Source of the DNA: Chiloscyllium plagiosum
Taxonomy: Eukaryota
Length of the DNA: 64,000 bases
Direction of reading: 5' to 3'
Assembly: GCF_004010195.1 (NCBI RefSeq)
Contig: NC_057760.1
Location: 2,208,343-2,272,342 of the forward strand
In this document: piece by piece, positions 13,455 to 27,100 of the stretch
How positions within the stretch are numbered: the stretch's first letter is position 1
Layout of the letters: each line of letters begins with the position of its first letter
Notes under the pieces: model-generated
What the model was told of the DNA's origin: nothing
What the model saw: the letters and a program-made list of their open reading frames with translations, nothing else
The model's database searches: none
Position numbers and translations under genes: made by a program

Positions 13455-13945
13455 CAGAAACATAGTGCAATACAGGCCCTTCGGCCCTCAATGTTGCACC
13501 GACCTGTGAAACCAATCTGAAGCCCATCTAACCTACACTATTCCATTCTCGTCCATATGCCTATCCAATGACCATTTAAATGCCCTTAAAATTGCCAAAT
13601 ACTACTCTGAGTAAAGAAACTCCCTCTGCCATCTGTCCTATATCTATCACCCCTCAATTTGAAGCTATGTCCCAACCGAGGGAAAAGGCTCTCACTGTCC
13701 ACCCTATCTAACCCTCTTATATGTCTTATGATTATCTTATATGTCTCGATTAAGTCACCTCGCAACCTTCTCATATCTAATGAAAACAGCCTCAAGTCCC
13801 TCAGCCTTTCCTCGTAAGACCTTCTCTCCATACCAGGCAACATCCTGGTAAATCTCCTCTGAACCCTTTCCAAAGCTTCCCCATCCCTCCTATAATGCGG
13901 CGACCACAATACTCCAAGTGCATCCGCACCAGAGCTGCAGCATGA
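13455..13945 (-). mobile_element. CR1 LINE 3' fragment
   Basis: WSPHYRRDGEALERVQRRFTRMLPGM...RLRGDLIETYKI. Confidence 0.85.
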
Positions 13946-14649
13946 AGGGGCAGAGTGGGGGGTGGGAGTGGAGAAGAAGCAGAACTGGGACTGTGAGGGA
14001 AAAGCTGTCAGCGTAAGCTGTGGTGTTTGTTGACCGCCTCCCTCGGTGTTGGAGAATGTGAACTTATCGGTGGCTTTCCCCTCTGCCGTGCCTCAGCTTG
14101 GAACCACTGAGCAGGAGGCCATTCTGGCCTTCACATCCCTGCCATCTCTTTCAAGGAAGATTACAATTAGCCGCAGCCTCCCCTTGATCTGCCCCGAGGG
14201 CTCTGCAGCTTTGGTTTATGAATTATATGCTTTTTCATTGGTGTTCACATGTACCATCTACATGATGCACTGCAGCAACTCCGTCCTCAGACAACACCTT
14301 CCAAACCCATCGCCACTTCCATCTGGAAGGACAAGGGGCAGCAGATACACGGGAACACTACCCCTTGCAAATTCCCCTCTGAGCCACACTCAATCCCAAC
14401 CTGGAAATATATCGCCGTTCCTGCCTGGGACTCAATCCATTCCGACATTATGGATCCACATCACGTGGATCCAATGGCTCAGAACGTTACCTCACCACCA
14501 CCTCAAGAGCAACGAGGGAAAGGCAATAAATGTTGGTCCACACAGCCGCACCCACATTGCATGAATGAGTAGAAAATGTTCCTGACTACCTACATTCCAC
14601 TGCAATCATAGCAAAACATTCACTTATAATTCAAACACTGCTCCACTCT

Positions 14650-15125
14650 CTCCCGGGTTATCCCACACCCTCCATCCCAACTCTCAGATTATCCTAACTC
14701 CCTCCATCCCATCCCCGGAATATCCCACAACCTCCATCCAATCTCCTGGATTATCTTGCATTCCTCCATCCGATCTAGATCATCTGACACCCCCCTCTAT
14801 CCCATCTCCTCTTTGCCTTCTCCGAGATTATCCAGCATCCGTCCCCACCCTCTCCCAGATTATCCCACACCCTCCATCCCAACTCCCAGATTATCCTGCA
14901 TCCCTCCATCCCATCCCCAGAATATCCCACAACCTCCATCCAATCTCCTGGATTAGCCTGCATTTCTCTTCCCCCTCTCCTAGATTATCCAGCATCTCTC
15001 TGCCCCCTCCCAGATTATCCCGCACGCACCACGGAACCCTCCCAGATTATCCAGCACCCCTCCATCCCTTCTCCTGAATTACCCGACACTCCTCCATCCC
15101 TTCTCCCGAATTATCCGTCCTCATC
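14650..15125. repeat. Degenerate ~30-bp pyrimidine-rich minisatellite
   Basis: Repeated cagattatcc...ccctccatccc. Confidence 0.75.
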
Positions 15126-15238
15126 AACCAAAACCTTTCTTTGGCCATTTCTAAGTTGACCTTTTCTGTTACCTGACTGCTTATCTTCAGACTCTCTCTG
15201 AACCTTTCCAATCGTTTCTCTAGGATAAACATCTCTGC

Positions 15239-15278
15239 GGATTCCTGAAGAAGGGCTTATGTCTGAAACGTCGATTCT
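15239..15278 (+). ncRNA. Minimal hammerhead ribozyme motif in a PLE tail (15240-15340)
   Basis: GGATTC-CTGAAGA-A-GGGC(TTAT)GTCT-GAAA-CG-TC^GATTCT. Confidence 0.6.
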
Positions 15279-15869
15279 CCTGTTCCTTGGGTGCTGCCTG
15301 ACCTGCTGCGCTTTTCCAGCAACACATTTTCAGCTCTAAACATCTCTTTGGTCCACTCTGACAACTGGGGATGCGATGCTCGTTTCTTGGAAGCCCCATT
15401 TTACATTCAAAGGAATCCCTCGCTGAAGCGGCACAACTGTTTCTTGAGGGAGAAGTCTATTCTAGACTCCAACAATCTCCCATTTCCTCGAATGCCTACA
15501 GTATTGATCACTTGGCTGGGATTGTAGGATTTGCAATCAGTTTATACAGCAGAACAAATCAGGCTATTCAGCCTCTCTGCTCCGTGCTAGCGTTTTTGCT
15601 CCACTGGACTGTCCTCTCACTCCATTCCACACCAGCCCATCCGCGATTCCCTTCTCCCACATGATAATGCAACTCATCGCTGCTATTTGCCCCAACTGCA
15701 CCCCATGGGAGTAAGTTCCACCTACATTCCTAATGGATTTATTCATGACTCTCTTAATCGAAAATAGACAGAGAAGCAAACCAATCAGTCCACTGATCTT
15801 GCTCTCTGGGTGAAAACATTTCTCCCACCGTTCTGATCGGGTTTATTAGCAACGGCTTAATAAGGATAA

Positions 15870-16095
15870 GGGTGGCATGGCGGCTCAGTGGTTAGCACCG
15901 CTGTCTCACAGCTCCAGGGACCCAGATTTGACTCCAGCCTCGGGCAACTGTCTGTCTGGGGTTTGCACACCCTCCCAGTGTCTGTGTGGGTTTCCTCCGG
16001 GTGCTCCAGTTTCCTTCCACAGTTCAAAGATGTGCAGATCAGGGTGGATTGGCCGTGGGAAATTGTCCCACAGTGCCCAAGGATGTGCAGGCAAA
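15870..16095 (+). mobile_element. HE1/V-SINE
   Basis: ggcggctcagtggttagcaccgctgtctcacagc head. Confidence 0.8.
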
Positions 16096-16704
16096 TACCT
16101 TTAACTTTAAGCATAGCCTTTCCTGTACAAACCTAATTAAAGTTATGATCGCTATTGCTTGGATGTCTCACTTGCCGCTCAATTCAGCTGGGCTCAGTGT
16201 AAAGCCCCCCTTTGCCTCAGAGTCAGAAAACTTTGGGGTTCTTGCCCGACTTGAACACAATTTTCGCTGATGACACAACGTGGGGTGCTGCACTGTCAGA
16301 GGTGCCAGCATACAGCTGAGTCCTTCAACTGAAACCCTGAATGCCCAGTCAAGTGCAGTAATTATTTCCATGGGCAGGGCAGCTTTCGAGAGGATATTTA
16401 CCCACCTCACCCCCCAAATCAACATCAGTGGGAGCTTGCTGTGCTCAAGTGACTCACTGGCTAAAATACACTTTGAAATAACCAGAGGTCATGAATAGGC
16501 GCTAGGGAAATGCAAGTGTTGCTTTCACTTCCTAGATATAGACATGGTACGCCCCCACAGCAGAGTTCCATATTCCACAATTCACAGTGCAGAAGGATTG
16601 CTGCAAGGTATTTAATTGCTTACGTGGACCACAACACGTTTGCGTAGGTGACAACGGAACGGCTAGAAATTCAGCAGGAAACCAACAGACTCTTGGACCT
16701 TTCA

Positions 16705-16910
16705 GGAAACAGCGAAGTCTGCAGATGCTAGAAATCAGAGTTGAGAGTGTGTTGCCGGGAAAGCACAGCAGGTCAGGCAGCATCCAAGGAGCAGAAAATT
16801 GACGTTTCGGACCGTAGCCTTTCATCAGGAATGGATGATGAAGGGCTCCGGCCTGAAACATCGATTTTGCTGTTCCTCAGATACTGTGCTTTTCCAGCAA
16901 CACACTCTAG
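16705..16910. mobile_element. Inverted pair of PLE tails
   Basis: Minus strand has CTGATGA-A-AGGC(TACG)GTCC-GAAA-CG-TC at ~16797-16832; a degenerate plus-strand copy follows. Confidence 0.6.
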
Positions 16911-18413
16911 GAGCTTTCATTCTGTTTCTCAACATGACCCGACGCGCTTGTGAAAGAGGGCCACAGCGACTCCTCACTCATAAACCAAGAACCTGCCCTA
17001 TCTGCATTAAAGAGTAATCTCAGTTATTGCTGTGACCAATAATCTGAGGGCATGGATGCCCGTCTGTCTCTCTCTTTTTGTATACATAAAGAGGTGGAGG
17101 TCGACAGACTCAGGATTTTGAACAACACTTGGTCACCACCACCCCACCCTACAGTCTCGGAAGTGGCCACGTGGACACTGGTTCAGGATAAGGCTTCGAT
17201 TACCTCAGTATTTCTGACGAGGAGAGTTGTTCTGATCAGAGAAGCTCTGCCTAAAAAGGGCAGTGGAAATAGATTGGACAGTGACCTTCCAAACAGGGAG
17301 CCGGAGGACTACCTGAAGGGGGTACGAGGAGAGCAGCAACAGGAAGGCGGTTAACCAGAGAGATCTCCCAGAAGTCAGCAGGAACATTGTACCGCTCAGT
17401 GTGGTGGATTCTTGTATGTTTCTTTGTAAACGCCTTGATACTGCAAGCATGACCTACGCAGAGTGCACACCCCATCTACCCACACACTAGCAGCTCACCT
17501 CAGCAATGGACACATCACCCAAGTATTTACAGCTAACCCAGACTCTGGAAAGGCCTGACTTGGGAACTCCACTGTCACCCCTTACAGGAACTGAACGCCT
17601 GCTTTCCAACACAACCAAATAAATGAGAAAGATTGCCCTCCCCAGAGTCTGACCTAGAACCTGTCTAACCTTAACCCTATTCCCCATTTCAAAATAAAGG
17701 AGGAGGAAAAGACAGTCTCGGAGGTGCCATCGCACCCCCTCCCCCCCGGGAAGGAGATCGAGCAACACCTGACACAACAAGCAAACAAGAACAAAGGACG
17801 TTGGAAATCTGAAACACAAACAGAAAAGCTGGAGAAACTCGGCAGGTCTGGCAGCATCCGCGGACAGAATGCAGAGTGAATGTTTCGGGTCCTGCCTCAC
17901 ATCGAAACCACAGTAAGTCGAGGCCCTGGGGATGGGTCTACGGGTTACACAACCCAGCAGCTCAAGGGAGCAGCAGCTGGGAGAGGAGAGGGGGCCCGGT
18001 ACCGAGGGGAAAAGCTAGGATGGTGGGATCCCAGTGGTCAGCTCAGTTGGACGGAGGGGGTTTCAGCAAAGAAAATTCCCAGGAGCTACCATGCTATGAG
18101 AACACAGCACTTACACCATCGTTGATGTTTCTCTCCCCCACATAATGCAGTCCGATTAATAAATAGTGTAGAGAAACACAGGAAACGCAAGCTCAATTCG
18201 TGCAGGTTGCACATGACTGCAGGCCAGCTGTGCGGGAGAGGTGTATTTTGAGATGGGCAGATTTCACACTGTTTTGCATCTTGCATTGAGACCAGGTTTC
18301 TTCTACAGGACACCGTTTCCATCTCCTTATTTAAAGGAGGGGTGTAAATACGTCGGATGTGATTCAGAGGAGGTTGACGAGAGTGACATCTGGGATAAGC
18401 AGGTCGTTTTTGG

Positions 18414-18718
18414 ATTAGATTAGATTACTTACAGTGTGGAAACAGGCCCTTCGGCCCAACAAGTTCCACAGTGACCCGCCGAAGCGCAACCCACTCAGAC
18501 CCATTCCCCTACATTTACCCCTTCGGGCAATTTAGCATGGCCAATTCACCTGACCTGCACATTTTTGGACTGTGGGAGGAAACCGGAGCACCCGGAGGAA
18601 ACCCACGCAGACACGGGGAGAATGAGCAAACTCCACACAGACAGTCGCCTGAGGCGGGAATTGAACCTGGGTCTCTAGCGCTGTGAGGCAGCAGTGCTAA
18701 CCACTTTGTCACCGTGCC
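18414..18718 (-). mobile_element. HE1/V-SINE with (tagat)n tail
   Basis: Full head-to-tail match to the other copies in the window. Confidence 0.8.
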
Positions 18719-18809
18719 GTTGTGAGGAAAGATCAGACAGACTGGGTTAGGAGTGTGAAGGAGGATGACGTGTCTAAGATCCTAAATGGTATTGAAATGG
18801 TAGATGCCT

Positions 18810-19920
18810 TCATAGAGATGTACTGCATGGAAACAGACCCTTCAGCCCAACTCATCCATGCCGAACAGATATTCTAAACTGCTCTACTCCCATCTGCCAG
18901 CATTTCGCACATATCCCTCTAAACCCTCCCTATTCACATACCCATCCAGACGCCTTTTAAATGCTGTAATCATATCCTTCTCCAGCAGCTCATTCCATAC
19001 ACGTACCACTCTCTGCGTGATAAAGTTGCCCCTCAGGTCCCTTTTATATCTTTCCCCTCTCACCCTAAACCTATGCCCTCTAATTCTGGACTCCCCCACC
19101 CCAGGGAAAAGACCTTGTCTATTTATCCTATCCATGCCCCTCATAATTTTATAAACCTCTATAAAGTCACCCATCAGCCTCTGACGCTCAGGGAAAACAG
19201 CCCGAACCTGTTCAGCCTCTCCCTATAGCTCAAACCATCCAACCCTGGAAGTATCCTTGTAAATCTTTCCTGAACCCTTTCAAGTTTCACAACATCCTTC
19301 CTATAGCAGAGAGACGAGAATTGCACGCAATATTCCAAAAGTGGCCTAACCAATGTCCTGTACAGCTGCAACATGACCTCCCAACCCCTATACTCAATGC
19401 ACTGACCAATAAAGGCAAGCATACCAAATGCCTTCTTCACTATCCTGTCTACCTGCGACTCCACCTTCAAGGAGCTATGAACCTGCACTCCAAGGTCTCC
19501 TTGTTCAGCAACACTCAGCGGGATCCTACCATTAAGTACACGAGTCCTATTCTGGCTTGCCTTTCCAAAATGCAACACCTCACATTTATCTAAAATAAAC
19601 TCCATCTGCCATTCCTCGGCCCATTGGCTCATCTGATCAAACTCCTGTTGTACTCGGAGGTAACCTTTTTTGCTGTCCACTACGCCTCCAATTTTGATGT
19701 CACCTGCAAACTTATTAACTATACATCCTAATATTCACATCCAAATCATTTTATATAAATGACAAAAAGCAGGGGAGCCAGCACCGATTATTGTGGCGCA
19801 CCACTGGTCACAGGCCTCCAGTCCAAAAAGCAACCACTACCCTCGGTCTTCTTGCTTCAAGCCAATGTTGGAACTAGGTCTCCCTGGACCCCCATAATGT
19901 AACCTTGCTGACCGGTCTAA
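18810..19920 (-). mobile_element. CR1 LINE ORF2 3' portion
   Basis: WAEEWQMEF..KCEVLHFG...LYRTLVRPLLEYCVQF and GDFIEVYKIMRG. Confidence 0.9.
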
Positions 19921-20914
19921 CATGCAGAACCTTGTGGGAAGGACGTTTCCTGTCATGGGTCAGTTCACAGCCAGGGGGCAATGTTTTAAAATGAGAGGTC
20001 ACCCTTTGAGGATGCAGATGAGGGGAACTGTATTTCTCGGAGGTTTGCACAACTTTGGAACTCTGCTTTGGACAGTGCTGGAGGTGGGGGTGACTCCATG
20101 TTTTTAAGATAAAAGTAGATTTATTCCTCTGCTTGACAAGAGTCTAAGGCTGTTGAAGGCAGGGGGAGGGGGGTGCGGCGCAAAGGAAATGTCGAATCCG
20201 AAACACAAACGGGTTAGCGACTGAATACCAGAGCAGGCTCAAGGGGCTGAATGGCCTCCTCATTCTTTGGATGTGCTTGTTTGTGTGGTTTTAAACCTTG
20301 CTGAGCTTCCCTTACTGGAATACCCCATCCGCCCTGCATCCTACAGTCGATTACACGCTTGGCATTATCCCTTCAGAGTGCAAGACCCTCACCCCGACTG
20401 CTTCAAGAACTCCCAACGGAATCGGAGGCTCAAGACCCGACTGGCCTGCAACAGGCTGGACAGCTCCATCACCCAAAGATTAGGCAAAGGGTGCCTAATC
20501 TTTCAACCATCTCCCCTTCCCACCTCGACCCAGCACAGGGCTTCTGCACATCACGATGGCTGGCAGAAGGACGCCACCATGTTGTGCACTCCGTGCCCAG
20601 CCTTCCACAAACTCCGGCCAGCGTCACGTGCTGTGGGGCTCAGGGAAGTCGGTACAATCAAGGCTAAATCACTCCCCCCCCGCTGCTCCTTAGACTTGGA
20701 GGAGATGGCCTAGTGGTATTATTGCTAGGCTACTAATCCCGAAACTTAGTTAACGTTATTGGGACCTGGGTTCAAATCCTGTCACGGCAGATGGTGGAAT
20801 GTGAATTAAAACATAGGACTGGACAACCCATAATGCTGTACTGAACATAGTGCCAAATTAAACTACACCCTTCTGTCTGCCCTTGGTCCATACCCCTCCA
20901 TTCCTTTCATATCC

Positions 20915-21118
20915 ATGTCATAGAGTCAGAGATGTACAGCATGGAAACAGACCCTTCGGTCTAACCCCGTCCATGCCAACCAGATATCCCAACCTAATCT
21001 AGTCCCACCTGCCAGCACCCGGCCCATATCCCTCCAAACCCTTCCTATTCATATACCCATCCAAATGCCTCTTAAATGTTGCAATTGTACCAGCCTCCAC
21101 CACTTCCTCTGGCAGCTC
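20915..21118 (-). mobile_element. CR1 3' end abutting the 12-bp array
   Basis: ELPEEVVEAGTIATFKRHLDGYM. Confidence 0.8.
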
Positions 21119-24100
21119 AGCGCGAGGGAGAGCGCGAGGGAGAGCGCGAGGGAGAGCGCGAGGGAGAGCGCGAGGGAGAGCGCGAGGGAGAGCGCGAGGG
21201 AGAGCGCGAGGGAGAGCGCGAGGGAGAGCGCGAGGGAGAGCGCGAGGGAGAGCGCGAGGGAGAGCGCGAGGGAGAGCGCGAGGGAGAGCGCGAGGGAGAG
21301 CGCGAGGGAGAGCGCGAGGGAGAGCGCGAGGGAGAGCGCGAGGGAGAGCGCGAGGGAGAGCGCGAGGGAGAGCGCGAGGGAGAGCGCGAGGGAGAGCGCG
21401 AGGGAGAGCGCGAGGGAGAGCGCGAGGGAGAGCGCGAGGGAGAGCGCGAGGGAGAGCGCGAGGGAGAGCGCGAGGGAGAGCGCGAGGGAGAGCGCGAGGG
21501 AGAGCGCGAGGGAGAGCGCGAGGGAGAGCGCGAGGGAGAGCGCGAGGGAGAGCGCGAGGGAGAGCGCGAGGGAGAGCGCGAGGGAGAGCGCGAGGGAGAG
21601 CGCGAGGGAGAGCGCGAGGGAGAGCGCGAGGGAGAGCGCGAGGGAGAGCGCGAGGGAGAGCGCGAGGGAGAGCGCGAGGGAGAGCGCGAGGGAGAGCGCG
21701 AGGGAGAGCGCGAGGGAGAGCGCGAGGGAGAGCGCGAGGGAGAGCGCGAGGGAGAGCGCGAGGGAGAGCGCGAGGGAGAGCGCGAGGGAGAGCGCGAGGG
21801 AGAGCGCGAGGGAGAGCGCGAGGGAGAGCGCGAGGGAGAGCGCGAGGGAGAGCGCGAGGGAGAGCGCGAGGGAGAGCGCGAGGGAGAGCGCGAGGGAGAG
21901 CGCGAGGGAGAGCGCGAGGGAGAGCGCGAGGGAGAGCGCGAGGGAGAGCGCGAGGGAGAGCGCGAGGGAGAGCGCGAGGGAGAGCGCGAGGGAGAGCGCG
22001 AGGGAGAGCGCGAGGGAGAGCGCGAGGGAGAGCGCGAGGGAGAGCGCGAGGGAGAGCGCGAGGGAGAGCGCGAGGGAGAGCGCGAGGGAGAGCGCGAGGG
22101 AGAGCGCGAGGGAGAGCGCGAGGGAGAGCGCGAGGGAGAGCGCGAGGGAGAGCGCGAGGGAGAGCGCGAGGGAGAGCGCGAGGGAGAGCGCGAGGGAGAG
22201 CGCGAGGGAGAGCGCGAGGGAGAGCGCGAGGGAGAGCGCGAGGGAGAGCGCGAGGGAGAGCGCGAGGGAGAGCGCGAGGGAGAGCGCGAGGGAGAGCGCG
22301 AGGGAGAGCGCGAGGGAGAGCGCGAGGGAGAGCGCGAGGGAGAGCGCGAGGGAGAGCGCGAGGGAGAGCGCGAGGGAGAGCGCGAGGGAGAGCGCGAGGG
22401 AGAGCGCGAGGGAGAGCGCGAGGGAGAGCGCGAGGGAGAGCGCGAGGGAGAGCGCGAGGGAGAGCGCGAGGGAGAGCGCGAGGGAGAGCGCGAGGGAGAG
22501 CGCGAGGGAGAGCGCGAGGGAGAGCGCGAGGGAGAGCGCGAGGGAGAGCGCGAGGGAGAGCGCGAGGGAGAGCGCGAGGGAGAGCGCGAGGGAGAGCGCG
22601 AGGGAGAGCGCGAGGGAGAGCGCGAGGGAGAGCGCGAGGGAGAGCGCGAGGGAGAGCGCGAGGGAGAGCGCGAGGGAGAGCGCGAGGGAGAGCGCGAGGG
22701 AGAGCGCGAGGGAGAGCGCGAGGGAGAGCGCGAGGGAGAGCGCGAGGGAGAGCGCGAGGGAGAGCGCGAGGGAGAGCGCGAGGGAGAGCGCGAGGGAGAG
22801 CGCGAGGGAGAGCGCGAGGGAGAGCGCGAGGGAGAGCGCGAGGGAGAGCGCGAGGGAGAGCGCGAGGGAGAGCGCGAGGGAGAGCGCGAGGGAGAGCGCG
22901 AGGGAGAGCGCGAGGGAGAGCGCGAGGGAGAGCGCGAGGGAGAGCGCGAGGGAGAGCGCGAGGGAGAGCGCGAGGGAGAGCGCGAGGGAGAGCGCGAGGG
23001 AGAGCGCGAGGGAGAGCGCGAGGGAGAGCGCGAGGGAGAGCGCGAGGGAGAGCGCGAGGGAGAGCGCGAGGGAGAGCGCGAGGGAGAGCGCGAGGGAGAG
23101 CGCGAGGGAGAGCGCGAGGGAGAGCGCGAGGGAGAGCGCGAGGGAGAGCGCGAGGGAGAGCGCGAGGGAGAGCGCGAGGGAGAGCGCGAGGGAGAGCGCG
23201 AGGGAGAGCGCGAGGGAGAGCGCGAGGGAGAGCGCGAGGGAGAGCGCGAGGGAGAGCGCGAGGGAGAGCGCGAGGGAGAGCGCGAGGGAGAGCGCGAGGG
23301 AGAGCGCGAGGGAGAGCGCGAGGGAGAGCGCGAGGGAGAGCGCGAGGGAGAGCGCGAGGGAGAGCGCGAGGGAGAGCGCGAGGGAGAGCGCGAGGGAGAG
23401 CGCGAGGGAGAGCGCGAGGGAGAGCGCGAGGGAGAGCGCGAGGGAGAGCGCGAGGGAGAGCGCGAGGGAGAGCGCGAGGGAGAGCGCGAGGGAGAGCGCG
23501 AGGGAGAGCGCGAGGGAGAGCGCGAGGGAGAGCGCGAGGGAGAGCGCGAGGGAGAGCGCGAGGGAGAGCGCGAGGGAGAGCGCGAGGGAGAGCGCGAGGG
23601 AGAGCGCGAGGGAGAGCGCGAGGGAGAGCGCGAGGGAGAGCGCGAGGGAGAGCGCGAGGGAGAGCGCGAGGGAGAGCGCGAGGGAGAGCGCGAGGGAGAG
23701 CGCGAGGGAGAGCGCGAGGGAGAGCGCGAGGGAGAGCGCGAGGGAGAGCGCGAGGGAGAGCGCGAGGGAGAGCGCGAGGGAGAGCGCGAGGGAGAGCGCG
23801 AGGGAGAGCGCGAGGGAGAGCGCGAGGGAGAGCGCGAGGGAGAGCGCGAGGGAGAGCGCGAGGGAGAGCGCGAGGGAGAGCGCGAGGGAGAGCGCGAGGG
23901 AGAGCGCGAGGGAGAGCGCGAGGGAGAGCGCGAGGGAGAGCGCGAGGGAGAGCGCGAGGGAGAGCGCGAGGGAGAGCGCGAGGGAGAGCGCGAGGGAGAG
24001 CGCGAGGGAGAGCGCGAGGGAGAGCGCGAGGGAGAGCGCGAGGGAGAGCGCGAGGGAGAGCGCGAGGGAGAGCGCGAGGGAGAGCGCGAGGGAGAGCGCG

Positions 24101-27100
24101 AGGGAGAGCGCGAGGGAGAGCGCGAGGGAGAGCGCGAGGGAGAGCGCGAGGGAGAGCGCGAGGGAGAGCGCGAGGGAGAGCGCGAGGGAGAGCGCGAGGG
24201 AGAGCGCGAGGGAGAGCGCGAGGGAGAGCGCGAGGGAGAGCGCGAGGGAGAGCGCGAGGGAGAGCGCGAGGGAGAGCGCGAGGGAGAGCGCGAGGGAGAG
24301 CGCGAGGGAGAGCGCGAGGGAGAGCGCGAGGGAGAGCGCGAGGGAGAGCGCGAGGGAGAGCGCGAGGGAGAGCGCGAGGGAGAGCGCGAGGGAGAGCGCG
24401 AGGGAGAGCGCGAGGGAGAGCGCGAGGGAGAGCGCGAGGGAGAGCGCGAGGGAGAGCGCGAGGGAGAGCGCGAGGGAGAGCGCGAGGGAGAGCGCGAGGG
24501 AGAGCGCGAGGGAGAGCGCGAGGGAGAGCGCGAGGGAGAGCGCGAGGGAGAGCGCGAGGGAGAGCGCGAGGGAGAGCGCGAGGGAGAGCGCGAGGGAGAG
24601 CGCGAGGGAGAGCGCGAGGGAGAGCGCGAGGGAGAGCGCGAGGGAGAGCGCGAGGGAGAGCGCGAGGGAGAGCGCGAGGGAGAGCGCGAGGGAGAGCGCG
24701 AGGGAGAGCGCGAGGGAGAGCGCGAGGGAGAGCGCGAGGGAGAGCGCGAGGGAGAGCGCGAGGGAGAGCGCGAGGGAGAGCGCGAGGGAGAGCGCGAGGG
24801 AGAGCGCGAGGGAGAGCGCGAGGGAGAGCGCGAGGGAGAGCGCGAGGGAGAGCGCGAGGGAGAGCGCGAGGGAGAGCGCGAGGGAGAGCGCGAGGGAGAG
24901 CGCGAGGGAGAGCGCGAGGGAGAGCGCGAGGGAGAGCGCGAGGGAGAGCGCGAGGGAGAGCGCGAGGGAGAGCGCGAGGGAGAGCGCGAGGGAGAGCGCG
25001 AGGGAGAGCGCGAGGGAGAGCGCGAGGGAGAGCGCGAGGGAGAGCGCGAGGGAGAGCGCGAGGGAGAGCGCGAGGGAGAGCGCGAGGGAGAGCGCGAGGG
25101 AGAGCGCGAGGGAGAGCGCGAGGGAGAGCGCGAGGGAGAGCGCGAGGGAGAGCGCGAGGGAGAGCGCGAGGGAGAGCGCGAGGGAGAGCGCGAGGGAGAG
25201 CGCGAGGGAGAGCGCGAGGGAGAGCGCGAGGGAGAGCGCGAGGGAGAGCGCGAGGGAGAGCGCGAGGGAGAGCGCGAGGGAGAGCGCGAGGGAGAGCGCG
25301 AGGGAGAGCGCGAGGGAGAGCGCGAGGGAGAGCGCGAGGGAGAGCGCGAGGGAGAGCGCGAGGGAGAGCGCGAGGGAGAGCGCGAGGGAGAGCGCGAGGG
25401 AGAGCGCGAGGGAGAGCGCGAGGGAGAGCGCGAGGGAGAGCGCGAGGGAGAGCGCGAGGGAGAGCGCGAGGGAGAGCGCGAGGGAGAGCGCGAGGGAGAG
25501 CGCGAGGGAGAGCGCGAGGGAGAGCGCGAGGGAGAGCGCGAGGGAGAGCGCGAGGGAGAGCGCGAGGGAGAGCGCGAGGGAGAGCGCGAGGGAGAGCGCG
25601 AGGGAGAGCGCGAGGGAGAGCGCGAGGGAGAGCGCGAGGGAGAGCGCGAGGGAGAGCGCGAGGGAGAGCGCGAGGGAGAGCGCGAGGGAGAGCGCGAGGG
25701 AGAGCGCGAGGGAGAGCGCGAGGGAGAGCGCGAGGGAGAGCGCGAGGGAGAGCGCGAGGGAGAGCGCGAGGGAGAGCGCGAGGGAGAGCGCGAGGGAGAG
25801 CGCGAGGGAGAGCGCGAGGGAGAGCGCGAGGGAGAGCGCGAGGGAGAGCGCGAGGGAGAGCGCGAGGGAGAGCGCGAGGGAGAGCGCGAGGGAGAGCGCG
25901 AGGGAGAGCGCGAGGGAGAGCGCGAGGGAGAGCGCGAGGGAGAGCGCGAGGGAGAGCGCGAGGGAGAGCGCGAGGGAGAGCGCGAGGGAGAGCGCGAGGG
26001 AGAGCGCGAGGGAGAGCGCGAGGGAGAGCGCGAGGGAGAGCGCGAGGGAGAGCGCGAGGGAGAGCGCGAGGGAGAGCGCGAGGGAGAGCGCGAGGGAGAG
26101 CGCGAGGGAGAGCGCGAGGGAGAGCGCGAGGGAGAGCGCGAGGGAGAGCGCGAGGGAGAGCGCGAGGGAGAGCGCGAGGGAGAGCGCGAGGGAGAGCGCG
26201 AGGGAGAGCGCGAGGGAGAGCGCGAGGGAGAGCGCGAGGGAGAGCGCGAGGGAGAGCGCGAGGGAGAGCGCGAGGGAGAGCGCGAGGGAGAGCGCGAGGG
26301 AGAGCGCGAGGGAGAGCGCGAGGGAGAGCGCGAGGGAGAGCGCGAGGGAGAGCGCGAGGGAGAGCGCGAGGGAGAGCGCGAGGGAGAGCGCGAGGGAGAG
26401 CGCGAGGGAGAGCGCGAGGGAGAGCGCGAGGGAGAGCGCGAGGGAGAGCGCGAGGGAGAGCGCGAGGGAGAGCGCGAGGGAGAGCGCGAGGGAGAGCGCG
26501 AGGGAGAGCGCGAGGGAGAGCGCGAGGGAGAGCGCGAGGGAGAGCGCGAGGGAGAGCGCGAGGGAGAGCGCGAGGGAGAGCGCGAGGGAGAGCGCGAGGG
26601 AGAGCGCGAGGGAGAGCGCGAGGGAGAGCGCGAGGGAGAGCGCGAGGGAGAGCGCGAGGGAGAGCGCGAGGGAGAGCGCGAGGGAGAGCGCGAGGGAGAG
26701 CGCGAGGGAGAGCGCGAGGGAGAGCGCGAGGGAGAGCGCGAGGGAGAGCGCGAGGGAGAGCGCGAGGGAGAGCGCGAGGGAGAGCGCGAGGGAGAGCGCG
26801 AGGGAGAGCGCGAGGGAGAGCGCGAGGGAGAGCGCGAGGGAGAGCGCGAGGGAGAGCGCGAGGGAGAGCGCGAGGGAGAGCGCGAGGGAGAGCGCGAGGG
26901 AGAGCGCGAGGGAGAGCGCGAGGGAGAGCGCGAGGGAGAGCGCGAGGGAGAGCGCGAGGGAGAGCGCGAGGGAGAGCGCGAGGGAGAGCGCGAGGGAGAG
27001 CGCGAGGGAGAGCGCGAGGGAGAGCGCGAGGGAGAGCGCGAGGGAGAGCGCGAGGGAGAGCGCGAGGGAGAGCGCGAGGGAGAGCGCGAGGGAGAGCGCG

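Noticed and set aside
15870..15950. tRNA gene-like sequences here and at other SINE heads
   Set aside because: A/B-box heads continue into SINE bodies; they are not tRNA genes.
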